From a virus: a stretch of DNA of 64,000 nucleotides. A program made the translations under genes and the position numbers. The notes beneath the pieces were generated by a model, which saw only the letters and a list, made by a program, of their open reading frames with translations, was not told where the DNA came from and did no database searches. Shown here piece after piece: positions 10,136 to 19,408 of this stretch (within the stretch, counting starts at the first letter, position 1; each line of letters starts with the position of its first letter). The stretch is from positions 7,691-71,690 of IMG/VR virus record IMGVR_UViG_3300038696_000126. One strand, given 5' to 3'.

Positions 10136-11629
10136 TTAACCTCCAATGTTTATTACAGGGACAATACCTGATGGGGTTTCTCTTTCCTCTACCTCTTCTA
10201 TTACTGGAATATCTTCTACACCCCCTACCTCTTCTATTACTGGCATACCCGAAGTTTGTGATGGCTTATTTTTCTGTTTGGGTTTATTTACTGGCTCAGG
10301 TGTGAAGACAGCCTTATCTTTCCCTTTATTAACCTCTGATACTAAATCACCAAGATTTTTACCCGATGGTATTTTTAGGTCAGTCTCTATCGCTAGAACT
10401 TGATTTTCTGTTAATGATTCATATTTCTTTGTGTTATCAAAGACAAGTAGTCCTACGTAGCCCTTTCCAACTTTAAATACAGCTTCGACTTGACTTGAAA
10501 CAACGCGCTGCTGAGTCTCCTCGTTTTCATCTTTGAAATTTTGAATTATGTTTAAATCCACGTTATCAGGAAGTGTAACCCCTAATGGTTTTCCCGCCTG
10601 AACGTAGCTATACCACTCTTTTAAAGGAGTGTCTTTTTTAACAACATTGTGTTGTTTAAAGTTATTTTCAGTTAGCCAGCTTTCAAAATTTTGACCCCCC
10701 TCTTCTTCAGGTTCTTTTATTGTTGTAGATGCTGAGTTCTCCACGCTTTTTAAAATCTCCCTCTCTGCGTATTTTTCAACGTCCCTTGGGGTGATGCTTA
10801 AATCATCATTAATACGAATAACAGCATCTCTTTCTCCGTTTTTCGCTGCGCCTATAAGGTCGTAATAAATAGATACAGCATCACCGCCTGATAAGCCCTG
10901 CTCATTTTTTAGGTAATCTCCTACCAAACCTTCTAGTTTTGTTTCATTACCAACCGAATAAATACCCGTCTGAGAAAAGGTCTTTGCGTTACGAGTAACT
11001 TTATTCTTATCTAAAGAACTACCGCTTTTATTACTAAATCTTGCATCACCTGCAAAAGCAGTACCCGCAGTTCTCCAATCTTCAGGGGTAAATACTGAAT
11101 CTTTAAAGTCTAATCTTTTTAAGAAGTCGGTTGGTGATACTTGCTCACCGTCAATAACCATCATGGGAACGCCATCGGCAATCTGAATTTCTGCTGAATT
11201 TATTTTCTCCAACCATTCCCTAGCGGAAGCCCTAGAAAATTCGCTATTGCTATAATTCTTTGTATATTCTTCTAATGAGTTACCAACATCTTCCAACGCC
11301 TCCATTGAGGTCTTGTACTGCTGCGTTATGCTACTAAACCTACTTCTCGCTTCGGGGTTAGCTAAGAACTCACCACCATTCGCCTCTAGCTCCCCTTTCA
11401 TAGCTCCCATCCATTTCTGATTAAGACCTTCAAAGAACCTGTGCGTACCCATAAAGGTATCCTCGCTTAAATTAATAGGGTCGGGTGCTGTTGTTTTACC
11501 CTGCCTTTGCAGCCTAGCAGACATAGCATCTTCGCGTAATTGAAGTTGACGCTCTTGTCTTTGCTCACCGATGAAATCAGGAGCTTGAAAAACTGACCTT
11601 GATAAACCCCTACCTTGCCCTACTGCCAT
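10136..11629 (-). CDS. Putative internal virion/ejection protein
   Basis: 497 aa, directly upstream of the giant ORF, behind a TACCTTTG promoter. Confidence 0.5.
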   Translation of the reverse strand: MAVGQGRGLSRSVFQAPDFIGEQRQERQLQLREDAMSARLQRQGKTTAPDPINLSEDTFMGTHRFFEGLNQKWMGAMKGELEANGGEFLANPEARSRFSSITQQYKTSMEALEDVGNSLEEYTKNYSNSEFSRASAREWLEKINSAEIQIADGVPMMVIDGEQVSPTDFLKRLDFKDSVFTPEDWRTAGTAFAGDARFSNKSGSSLDKNKVTRNAKTFSQTGIYSVGNETKLEGLVGDYLKNEQGLSGGDAVSIYYDLIGAAKNGERDAVIRINDDLSITPRDVEKYAEREILKSVENSASTTIKEPEEEGGQNFESWLTENNFKQHNVVKKDTPLKEWYSYVQAGKPLGVTLPDNVDLNIIQNFKDENEETQQRVVSSQVEAVFKVGKGYVGLLVFDNTKKYESLTENQVLAIETDLKIPSGKNLGDLVSEVNKGKDKAVFTPEPVNKPKQKNKPSQTSGMPVIEEVGGVEDIPVIEEVEERETPSGIVPVINIGG

Positions 11630-11654
11630 TATGGATAATGAAATTGTTTAATTG

Positions 11655-11662
11655 CAAAGGTA
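11655..11662 (-). promoter_or_regulatory. Bacteroidota -7 promoter element (TACCTTTG), structural-gene class
   Basis: TTCGTACCTTTGCA on the minus strand, about 25 bp upstream of ATG 11629. Same motif at 714, 17037, 34016, 45808, 50505, 58274 (-) and 42218 (+). Confidence 0.7.
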
Positions 11663-11911
11663 CGAATTAAGAGTTTTAATTATTCCTCTACCCCTTGACT
11701 TAAAAACGTATCCAATCCCTCGTGTACCGTAGGGTCGTAAACAAAAGTATCTCCGCTGCTATTGGTTAGCTTAGCTGTTGTGTGGTCTAGGTATTCAATT
11801 GTTAAATTTATTTTCTTACTCATTTTAATTATTGATTACAAATGTTGATTAGAATAACATTAAATAAAAGCCATGCGGAAAGCACGGTTTTTATTCTTGT
11901 GTTGTAGTGCA

Positions 11912-12112
11912 TTAGTCACGCAAACTTTTTACCTCCCCTTCAATATGGTTTAGTATTTGGTTTCTTCCTACCTTTCTTTGTTCTTGTGCGACCTTGATTA
12001 TCACACTTTCAATAGTACTTAATTCCTCTAATTTAGTTTTGTTCTGTGATTCTTTAGAGAAGAGTTTGCTCCATATTAAATCAGCTATTTGTTTTGATTC
12101 GTTACTTGTCAT
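11912..12112 (-). CDS. Cassette-borne hypothetical protein
   Basis: 66 aa ORF filling the cassette. Confidence 0.7.
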   Translation of the reverse strand: MTSNESKQIADLIWSKLFSKESQNKTKLEELSTIESVIIKVAQEQRKVGRNQILNHIEGEVKSLRD

Positions 12113-12249
12113 AATTATTATTTTTAGTTGTTAATTAAACGCACTACAACAATTTGTATAGTGCATAGTTCGTTCCTCACAACGCCACCATACAATAGCG
12201 TTAGGCACAATTAAAAAAGATGCCTAACATTATATATAAATAATAAAAA

Positions 12250-12420
12250 TTACTTGCATTCCGTACAATGATAAACGCTTACTAATCTATCATCGTAAGA
12301 AAAAGTAGTATTTATCATTTCAGTTCCTTTAGGTTGTTTTTTACCGCACCCCCAACATTCGTGTTTCTTCCTTGTTTTTCTTACTAGCTTGGTTTTAAAA
12401 ACCTTTATTGCATCTTCCAT
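12250..12420 (-). CDS. Small Zn-ribbon protein inside a hairpin loop
   Basis: Manual translation, 56 aa: MEDAIKVF...KKHECWGCGK...HCTECK, two CxxC motifs. Confidence 0.65.
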   Translation of the reverse strand: MEDAIKVFKTKLVRKTRKKHECWGCGKKQPKGTEMINTTFSYDDRLVSVYHCTECK

Positions 12421-12458
12421 AATCGTAATTTTAACTATTCATATATTTAGCGTTATGC

Positions 12459-12770
12459 TTAACTAAATACTTCATTAATTAGCTTGTCGATTGATGGCTT
12501 TAAAGTCTTGTATATGTATTGCTTATCTTCGCTCACATCTTCTTTTTCTATTCCAAACCAAAACAATACGGGTAGTGGAGTTTTTAAAATATCAGCCATT
12601 TGTTGCAGTACTTCTAAACTTGGTTTTTTATGTTCTTTTTCTATTAAAGATAAATACGATTGAGTTATTCCTACACTTGCAGCAAATTCTTGTTGATTCA
12701 TTAAATTGTTTTTTCTTAGTGTTCTTATTGCTTGTCCTATATTCATATTATTATGTTTTATTTTAAACAA
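12459..12770 (-). CDS. XRE-family helix-turn-helix transcriptional regulator
   Basis: IGQAIRTLRK...QQEFAASVGITQSYLSLIEK...PSLEVL, a classic HTH_3 pattern; probable start at MNIG. Confidence 0.9.
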   Translation of the reverse strand: MFKIKHNNMNIGQAIRTLRKNNLMNQQEFAASVGITQSYLSLIEKEHKKPSLEVLQQMADILKTPLPVLFWFGIEKEDVSEDKQYIYKTLKPSIDKLINEVFS

Positions 12771-12887
12771 AGGTAATTTTTGCCTAAGCTCCGTGCTACC
12801 TCAAAGTATTATTACTCCCTACAAACATACCTAAAATAGTAAAGCCCCACAACGCGAGGCTTAAACTTAACGATATGTTAACATAAG

Positions 12888-12916
12888 AAAAGCCCAACAC
12901 CGAAGCATTGGGCTTT
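12888..12916 (-). terminator. Rho-independent terminator
   Basis: AAAGCCCAA...TTGGGCTTT stem with a T tract on the minus strand; second hairpin at 12841-12862. Confidence 0.55.
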
Positions 12917-13042
12917 AACTAATAATCTTTATAGAGATTTCTTATTTAAAAATCCACTATATATTTACTCTGGGTTTTCTAGTAGTTTTTTATAACTAAA
13001 ACCCTATTTTAGGAAATCTTCCACACGGCAAATATAACTAAA

Positions 13043-13912
13043 TTATTGGTTTAATGAGCGAGTAAATATATCTAACCATTGAGATTTGAATTTTTCATCT
13101 CTCAACATTGAAGCTAATCGCGCTGATACGCTTTCACCCACAGGCTTTTCACAGATAAATTGTTTTTCTTCTAACGGCCCTACCCAAACAATATTATCGC
13201 TTTCTTCGGTTACAAAACCTTTTTCAAACACCTTCTTGGCGTAAAAGTCTAGTTCACTATCACCTGAGCGAATAACCTCGTTTAGTTTTTGAGGGTTCTT
13301 GTCATTGAGCCTACGTAGCTTAACACGCACAGAATCCTCGCCTTCGGAAGGACTTAATATTAATTCCATAGCATTAGCTACCGCTTGTAGCTTAGATAGC
13401 TTAAACCCTCTTAAATTCATGTTGTTTGAATCAATGAGGTTGTAACGCTCCACTTCAATCTGAGCCTCGGCTTCTTTGTCTTCTAAGAATATATCGGTGT
13501 TGCCACTGAACTTACTTACATACCAAAGATACTTTTGTAGTGATGGGTTATCACGCCCTACTCTACGTGCGCGTTGCACAAAACGAATAGGCTTGATTGG
13601 AATAGCCATATTGCCATTCTCTTTTAATATATCTACCTTAAATATACTCTCATGCCCTTCTGCGTAGATAATCTCTCTGCGTACAGGCACGTCATCTTCG
13701 TACATTGTTATAAACATACCGTTTTTTAAGGTGTATGTTGCTCCACCTATTGTAGTGTTCCAACGTTGATCTTTAACGCCAAATTCAGGAACTTCAAAAG
13801 CCACATCTTCTTTGCGAGATTTGACAGTGCGAGGGCGTTTTGTAATATTGTTAGTGGGCTTAGCCACTGGTCTTGATGTTGATTGCGAACTAATCGCTGC
13901 TTTGTTTGCCAT
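13043..13912 (-). CDS. Hypothetical protein of the capsid module
   Basis: 289 aa, downstream of the capsid genes. Confidence 0.6.
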   Translation of the reverse strand: MANKAAISSQSTSRPVAKPTNNITKRPRTVKSRKEDVAFEVPEFGVKDQRWNTTIGGATYTLKNGMFITMYEDDVPVRREIIYAEGHESIFKVDILKENGNMAIPIKPIRFVQRARRVGRDNPSLQKYLWYVSKFSGNTDIFLEDKEAEAQIEVERYNLIDSNNMNLRGFKLSKLQAVANAMELILSPSEGEDSVRVKLRRLNDKNPQKLNEVIRSGDSELDFYAKKVFEKGFVTEESDNIVWVGPLEEKQFICEKPVGESVSARLASMLRDEKFKSQWLDIFTRSLNQ

Positions 13913-13947
13913 GATTATTTATAGTTATAATTAATATTAATTAAAGT

Positions 13948-13976
13948 AAAAAAGGAGGGGTATGGTGTCCCCTCCT
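13948..13976 (-). terminator. Rho-independent terminator after the capsid operon
   Basis: AGGAGGGG-N8-CCCCTCCT followed by a T-run on the minus strand. Confidence 0.75.
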
Positions 13977-13990
13977 AATTAACTTGTTGT

Positions 13991-14470
13991 TTATGCTACG
14001 GTTGTAACCGTTGCTGAACTCACTCGTACAGTTGCACCTAAGTTTTGTGCGCCTAAAGCAAATACTAATCTATCTCTATCCTTATCGCGTGAAGCGGTAT
14101 CAAAATAGACAATCGTTGCTACACTACCCCCTTCGGTTGTAATAACAAGATTGGTTGAATTAGTGTTTGTTAAAGCAGGTGTAACAGAACCTAAGTCAAT
14201 TCGGATACTCGCGCTTACTACGTCATTTAAACTAGAAAAATACTGACCACCAACCCCGTAAAGTAGTAATGCGGTGTTTCCATCTACGGCTAATATACCA
14301 AGAGCATTTAAAGCGTCCGCGTAACTAGCTACGAAGTTATCAATAGTAGTTGCCACGTCGGTATCCCAAGCGGTTGAATAGCTCTTACTACCAATCGTTA
14401 CCGCCAAGGTAGCATCACTAGCTGGCGTAACGGTTAGTCGATTTGCGTTGTTAAAAATAATTTGTGCCAT
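13991..14470 (-). CDS. Putative capsid decoration / minor structural protein
   Basis: 159 aa, rich in A/T/V and beta structure, immediately after the major capsid gene. Confidence 0.5.
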   Translation of the reverse strand: MAQIIFNNANRLTVTPASDATLAVTIGSKSYSTAWDTDVATTIDNFVASYADALNALGILAVDGNTALLLYGVGGQYFSSLNDVVSASIRIDLGSVTPALTNTNSTNLVITTEGGSVATIVYFDTASRDKDRDRLVFALGAQNLGATVRVSSATVTTVA

Positions 14471-14496
14471 TTTTGTCTTTTTATAAAGTTTATATA

Positions 14497-15807
14497 TTAT
14501 TTAACCATACCAAAAGCGTTCATAGCCACAGTACGCAGACCTTGCTCACAACGGTAGTCAATGTTTTTACCATCAAAACCACTAGGGTCGTTAGCTACAT
14601 CGTTAGAGAAACCCGTAATTTGAGTTTCATACTTACGAGAATAAGCGCCTAACTGCTTATAAAGGATAGATAAGTAAGGTAAGCTATTACCTTTAGCGTC
14701 ATTGGTCAGACCTTGAGGTATAATTAACGCTTTAATATCAGTCTTTAATTGCGGGTTAGTTAGTAATTTACTTTTCTTTAAAGCAAAGTTATAACCGCTT
14801 ACGTGAAGTCCTTTAAATCCAAACTCCATCATCTTGTCCATGTCGTTGTTGAACATACCCCAACCCATATCGCCAGTAGACTCTGAAATTAAATTCTGAG
14901 CTAAGTTGTACTGAGCAGGATTAGCGGCAAATAAGTAATCAACAGGGCCGCCTTGAGAATCAAAAACCTCAGACATATCCTGAAAATCAGCTAGAGAAGT
15001 TAAAGCGCCCTCAAATACAGAACCTTCTTCTTCAATTGCTTTTTTCAAGCCTTTGTTACCGTTTAAAGCAGAAAGGTTTGTGTTTTTAGCCTCTACGTCA
15101 TAAATAAGCTTCATAGCTACGTAAGCCCGAAAGCGCATTAAACCTTTCATTTCTGATTGGTAAATAGCAGCAGGAGGACGACCAGGAATTTCTATTCGTG
15201 ACATATCGGTCATTTGAGAACCTGTCATGGTAAAACGGTCTTTCATAATACCAATCTTGGTTTCCTTACGCTCAACATTGTCAAGTAAGTATTCCGTAGG
15301 TTGGTTTGTGCCTTTAGCAAACTCGTTACCAAAAACGAAGTAGTCAACGGCTGCACCGTTAGAGATGGTTATATTCCAAGTCGTATCTTTCGGTACGGCA
15401 GTAAAGGTAGTAGCGTTGGTGGCTGTTACGTGAGCGGGTATTTTACCCTCAATCATAATATCATCCTCATCGCGTACCTTGTGGGTAGCATCGGTAAAGG
15501 TTTTTGCACCCGTGTCAGCTCCAGCAACAGCAGCTCCAACAGTTGCACTACCATTTACATAAGAACGAACGTCCTCGAAGTGGAAAATGTCTGTGTCGCG
15601 GTCTATACCGAACTCATTGCCCTCGGCCATGATAACACCGTAAATATCCAAGTCTTCTACGTATTTCTTTTGTATTTGACGAGTGTATTTAGGGTCATTA
15701 AGTATGTCAAAATAATTTCCCAGAGATAAAAACTCTGGTGCTGCGCCTGAATACGGCCCCGCTTGTGCAGGGGAGAAATCGGCTGGTGTTGATGTAGCAG
15801 TTGCCAT
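14497..15807 (-). CDS. Major capsid protein
   Basis: 436 aa after an acidic scaffold gene; FGNEFAKGT, MKDRFTMTGS and C-terminal YRCEQGL resemble Bacteroidota podophage capsid proteins. Confidence 0.8.
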   Translation of the reverse strand: MATATSTPADFSPAQAGPYSGAAPEFLSLGNYFDILNDPKYTRQIQKKYVEDLDIYGVIMAEGNEFGIDRDTDIFHFEDVRSYVNGSATVGAAVAGADTGAKTFTDATHKVRDEDDIMIEGKIPAHVTATNATTFTAVPKDTTWNITISNGAAVDYFVFGNEFAKGTNQPTEYLLDNVERKETKIGIMKDRFTMTGSQMTDMSRIEIPGRPPAAIYQSEMKGLMRFRAYVAMKLIYDVEAKNTNLSALNGNKGLKKAIEEEGSVFEGALTSLADFQDMSEVFDSQGGPVDYLFAANPAQYNLAQNLISESTGDMGWGMFNNDMDKMMEFGFKGLHVSGYNFALKKSKLLTNPQLKTDIKALIIPQGLTNDAKGNSLPYLSILYKQLGAYSRKYETQITGFSNDVANDPSGFDGKNIDYRCEQGLRTVAMNAFGMVK

Positions 15808-15839
15808 CTATCTTTTGTGTTTTAAGTTCTAATTGTGTT

Positions 15840-17000
15840 TTATTTAAAACCTAGCTTGTCCATAAATTGCTTATTCTGTTCCTTGAATTTAGCGTCTTTG
15901 TTGCTTGCGGGTGCTGGTGAGGCGGTTGTAGAGGGTAGGTCTATATTTTTCCTATCCTTAACTCCTTCTTCACGAGCGGTATTACTACCTTGTGTGTAAG
16001 CTGCTTTGACCACTTTATTCTTATTTTCAAGAAAAGCTATGTCGTCAGTGAATTTATCCATGTTAAAATTACCTTCTGTGCTCCAGTACGATAAAGGGTG
16101 GCTTGTGTCATAACCTTTTTTAGATAAGGCTTCTGCCTCACCACCTTTGAAATCATACTTAAAACTCTTACCTTGACCTAAATCAAAACTGTAACCCTCT
16201 AAATCTGCTACGCTATTTGCGTAATCGTTTCCAAAGGTTTCGGGTAAAACATTTTGCTGTGCAGGTTGTGATTGTTTTGGTGCTTGATACTTACCTTTTA
16301 ATTCGGATAAGCTGCGTTTCGCTTTAGCACCATCGTTTCTGAGTTTGATTTCAGACTTACGTATCGTCTTTTCATCATACTCGTCTTCATTACTTGGGTA
16401 TTGGTCTTCAAATAAGACTTCAATATCCTCATTAGATAAGTCAGGGTTATCAACGCGCATCTGTGCTTTCACAGAAGTTGTGTTGTCCATGTTGTCTAAG
16501 TCAAGAGTTTTGTTAACGAAATTGTAATCCTCAATACTGCCTTTACCTTCTTTCACCCATTGATTGATTTTCTCAATCTCAGGTGAGGCAAATTCGTTTT
16601 GAACTATCCCTAGCTTTTGCAATAACTCTTGCTTTAATTCTTCGTCATCTCCAATTTCTGAAAACACGTAATTAGCAAATTCATCGCGGCTAAGAGGTTC
16701 GCCTTCATTACTCTCTTCCTGTTTAGCATCTTCACTAGAAGTTACCTCACCAGAATATTCGGTTTCAGCCGCCTCCTGAGTATCCTCTTTTGGCTTATCA
16801 TCTGCTACCTTTTCTTCTGATTCAGTTTCTTCTGAACTTTCATTATGTAAAGAACTATCGGTTTTCTCTTGTACTATTCTTTCTGTTGGGTTAGCACCTG
16901 CGGGGGTTTCATCCTCTGCGTGTTTCGGGGATTCTTGCGAAGCATTCTCCGCAAACTTGTCCTTTGTGTCGGCTACCATGCCTTTAATATCTATCTCCAT
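15840..17000 (-). CDS. Capsid scaffolding protein
   Basis: Highly acidic, disordered N-terminus; directly upstream of the capsid gene. Confidence 0.65.
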   Translation of the reverse strand: MEIDIKGMVADTKDKFAENASQESPKHAEDETPAGANPTERIVQEKTDSSLHNESSEETESEEKVADDKPKEDTQEAAETEYSGEVTSSEDAKQEESNEGEPLSRDEFANYVFSEIGDDEELKQELLQKLGIVQNEFASPEIEKINQWVKEGKGSIEDYNFVNKTLDLDNMDNTTSVKAQMRVDNPDLSNEDIEVLFEDQYPSNEDEYDEKTIRKSEIKLRNDGAKAKRSLSELKGKYQAPKQSQPAQQNVLPETFGNDYANSVADLEGYSFDLGQGKSFKYDFKGGEAEALSKKGYDTSHPLSYWSTEGNFNMDKFTDDIAFLENKNKVVKAAYTQGSNTAREEGVKDRKNIDLPSTTASPAPASNKDAKFKEQNKQFMDKLGFK

Positions 17001-17056
17001 ACGTATTTTTATTTAATATTCCAAGTAATAAGGGTACAAATTTACGTATAATTAAT

Positions 17057-17138
17057 TTAACGTTCCCTTAACATGAGGTTTACATTAGATATTAAGAGTG
17101 TTAATTGTTGTGGGATTGGTTATTTTCAGTTATGTTTG
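17057..17138 (+). promoter_or_regulatory. Tandem TTAACA-like boxes (11-bp period) plus TATGTTTG -7 element driving cassette array 2
   Basis: TTAAC 17057, TTAACA 17068, TTTACA 17079; TATGTTTG 17131. Confidence 0.6.
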
Positions 17139-17158
17139 TTGTGAACAAAAAATAACTA

Positions 17159-17407
17159 ATGGAATTAGCAATTGATATATTGAACAAAGAAATAGAAAGA
17201 CGTGAGATATCGTTAGCAGTAGAGAGCAATGTCTTAATACAAAATGATATGCATAACGAAATAGGTGGACTAAAAGACGTAGTTGAGAAATTAACTACAC
17301 ACGATGACACCCCGCGTAATAGGTTTGAGAAACTGCCATTGCATTGGAAGCTTATCCATCACATGATAGTTGGGATTATAATAGGGTACTTAATGCATTA
17401 TATTTGA
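17159..17407 (+). CDS. Hypothetical membrane protein
   Basis: 82 aa with a C-terminal hydrophobic helix. Confidence 0.65.
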   Translation: MELAIDILNKEIERREISLAVESNVLIQNDMHNEIGGLKDVVEKLTTHDDTPRNRFEKLPLHWKLIHHMIVGIIIGYLMHYI

Positions 17408-17520
17408 TAATGTTGAGTATGTGGTTTTGTAAGCCATAGAAAAAATTACAATTAAATGAATATAAACTTTGTGGGCTTATAAGCTATATACAGTGCTACC
17501 CACTTTTAAAATTACGTATT

Positions 17521-17658
17521 ATGAAAGGATTAAAAATGTTTTTTGAAATACTGGCTAAATACCAACAAATTAAGTTTGAGTTAAAAGGAAATTTTGAAAA
17601 GTTAAGGGTTAATCTTAGAATATATTATGCTGCTAAAATAAAAGATATGCATCAGTAA
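17521..17658 (+). CDS. Small cassette-borne protein (45 aa)
   Basis: Manual ORF MKGLKMFFEILAKYQQ... filling the cassette. Confidence 0.5.
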   Translation: MKGLKMFFEILAKYQQIKFELKGNFEKLRVNLRIYYAAKIKDMHQ

Positions 17659-17730
17659 TTTTTATTGTGGGTAACGTTATATGTGTAAGATTAGTTGCGT
17701 GAATTAAGAACTGAATTAAATAAAAATACA

Positions 17731-18057
17731 ATGACTAAAAAACAAGAATTAATAGAATATGTAATAGGTAATGAATTTATAACTAAACCTTGTTTACAAG
17801 ACAAATTCACTACACTTTTAGATGAAGCAATAACCGAGCAATTAATTTTACACGATGTTAGCGTTTCGTTGCCTACTGACCCTTTAATATTAGCCGAATA
17901 CTTACACGATAGTTACGAAATTATAGCCAAAAAAAGTAAATGGAATACGCAAGAAATCTGTAAAGTTTCATTTAAAGACTTACCTAACGAAAATAAAACT
18001 ACTATGATTCTTTTGGCGGGTAAATTAATACTAGACTTTGTTGTCAATGAACGCTAA
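17731..18057 (+). CDS. Hypothetical protein fused across a cassette junction
   Basis: ATG lies in the hairpin loop and reads through GTT 17857 (QLILHDVS); the stop is the TAA of the closing TAAC. Confidence 0.7.
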   Translation: MTKKQELIEYVIGNEFITKPCLQDKFTTLLDEAITEQLILHDVSVSLPTDPLILAEYLHDSYEIIAKKSKWNTQEICKVSFKDLPNENKTTMILLAGKLILDFVVNER

Positions 18058-18137
18058 CGTTTAGTATAAACCCCATTAAAACGAGGGTTTATACATTGTT
18101 AGTATTAGTACGGATTTATAAACTTAAAAATATAATT

Positions 18138-18317
18138 ATGAAAACAGCAGTAACAGTAACAACTTGCGTACAAATAGGCATTGAAACTTGGAGAGATGTA
18201 TGCACTACAAAAGTTTTTGACGAAAACGCGACACTTGGAGAAATAGATAAATGGGTAAAAAGCATTGATAAAACAACACCATTGTCAGGCGTAAAGTTTG
18301 GTGATATAGCGGAGTAG
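18138..18317 (+). CDS. Cassette-borne hypothetical protein
   Basis: MKTAVTVTTC...; ATG preceded by an AT-rich leader. Confidence 0.7.
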   Translation: MKTAVTVTTCVQIGIETWRDVCTTKVFDENATLGEIDKWVKSIDKTTPLSGVKFGDIAE

Positions 18318-18471
18318 TATTAATACTAACGATGGTAATATGGTTAGTGGCTTTTTAGCCATTAAATATATTACGTGTTACCTACTGGTGCGACTTTAAA
18401 AGACAGAACTTAAATTAATAACCGAACCTTTTCTATTATTTTTTAGAGCGAGGGCAAATTAAGATGATAAA

Positions 18472-19179
18472 ATGAACAACATAGAATTAATAAACAAAGA
18501 TTGCTTTTTAGCAATAAGAGAATTAAAAGACAATAGTGTAGATTTAATTGTAACAGACCCGCCTTATGGAATAAACTTTACTAAAGGATATAAAAGCGGA
18601 AGCAAAGAGCTGGTACACGGAGATGATGGATTTTCTGTTATGGTTTTTGTAGATGAATTAATGAAAGAATTTAATAGAATACTAAAACCAAATAGCGCTA
18701 TTTATATATTTACAAGATTTGATGTTTACCCCTATTGGTGGCTTAAAATGAAAAACCACTTTGATACTAAAAATCAAATTATATGGTTTAAGGGCGGTGG
18801 CGGTATGGGTGACCTTAAAGGGAACTTTAGTTTTAATTATGAGAGTATTATTTACGCTACGAATGGCAAACACCAGATAAGAGGAAAAAGAGATGGTAGT
18901 GTTTGGCAGATTGGAAAATGTAAAGAAGGATTGCACGAAACACCAAAGCCAGTTGATTTAATAAGAAAAATAATACTTCATAGCTCCGACAAGGGAATGA
19001 CTGTGTTTGACCCCTTTATGGGAGCTGGAACAACTGGTGTCGCTTGTGTTGAAGAGGAACGGGATTTTATAGGAATAGAAATGATAAAATCAAATTATGA
19101 TATAGCAGAAGCGAGGGTAGCAAAAAAAATAATAGAAAAAGACTTTGAAGCACCAACTTTGTTTAATGAACTAAATTAA
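18472..19179 (+). CDS. DNA methyltransferase, N6-adenine/N4-cytosine, beta class
   Basis: TDPPY motif IV, HETPKP, DPFMGAGTTG motif I. Confidence 0.92.
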   Translation: MNNIELINKDCFLAIRELKDNSVDLIVTDPPYGINFTKGYKSGSKELVHGDDGFSVMVFVDELMKEFNRILKPNSAIYIFTRFDVYPYWWLKMKNHFDTKNQIIWFKGGGGMGDLKGNFSFNYESIIYATNGKHQIRGKRDGSVWQIGKCKEGLHETPKPVDLIRKIILHSSDKGMTVFDPFMGAGTTGVACVEEERDFIGIEMIKSNYDIAEARVAKKIIEKDFEAPTLFNELN

Positions 19180-19290
19180 GCACTTGTAGGTAACCCAAGG
19201 CTAAAAGCCTGTTTTAATGGCTTTTCAGCTAATGTTAGCCTCTTGTCAATTAATAGTGAAATAATGTGCGGTTAAACCAAAACGTTTCTG

Positions 19291-19385
19291 TACGTTTGCT
19301 CAACCGAGTGATAGCGGTATTAAAACTTTATACAATCCTCTAGTAAGTAGCGTCTATCACCGTGAACACTAGGGGATTTTTTATT
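19291..19385 (+). promoter_or_regulatory. Promoter and structured leader (putative attenuator) of the replication operon
   Basis: TACGTTTG 19291; terminator-like stem AATCCTCTAGT/ACTAGGGGATT plus T-run, whose loop (CGTCTATCAC) is complementary to upstream GTGATAGCG. Confidence 0.5.
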
Positions 19386-19408
19386 TCTTAATAGATTAAA
19401 CAAAACAC

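Larger units (their letters stand above)
11856..12454 (-). mobile_element. Integron-like cassette array 1 (3 attC-like hairpins)
   Basis: Hairpins at 12226-12454, 12148-12202 and 11856-11903. Cassette 11901-12150 is bounded by a perfect GTTGTAGTGC/GCACTACAAC repeat; empty cassette at 12200-12228. Confidence 0.75.
17408..19240 (+). mobile_element. Integron-like cassette array 2 (5 attC-like hairpins, 4 cassettes)
   Basis: Cassette ends: G(C)TACCCAC 17495 / GTGGGTAAC 17667; GTTAGCGTT 17857 / AACGCTAAC 18050; GTTAGTATTAGTAC 18098 / GTATTAATACTAAC 18317; GTTACCTACTGGTGC 18377 / GCACTTGTAGGTAAC 19180. Confidence 0.8.

Noticed and set aside
4698-10403. Numerous plus-strand ORFs antisense to the giant virion genes (also those opposite capsid, portal, tail and fibre genes)
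   Set aside because: Ser/Leu/Phe-rich shadow frames of the real minus-strand genes, without leaders.
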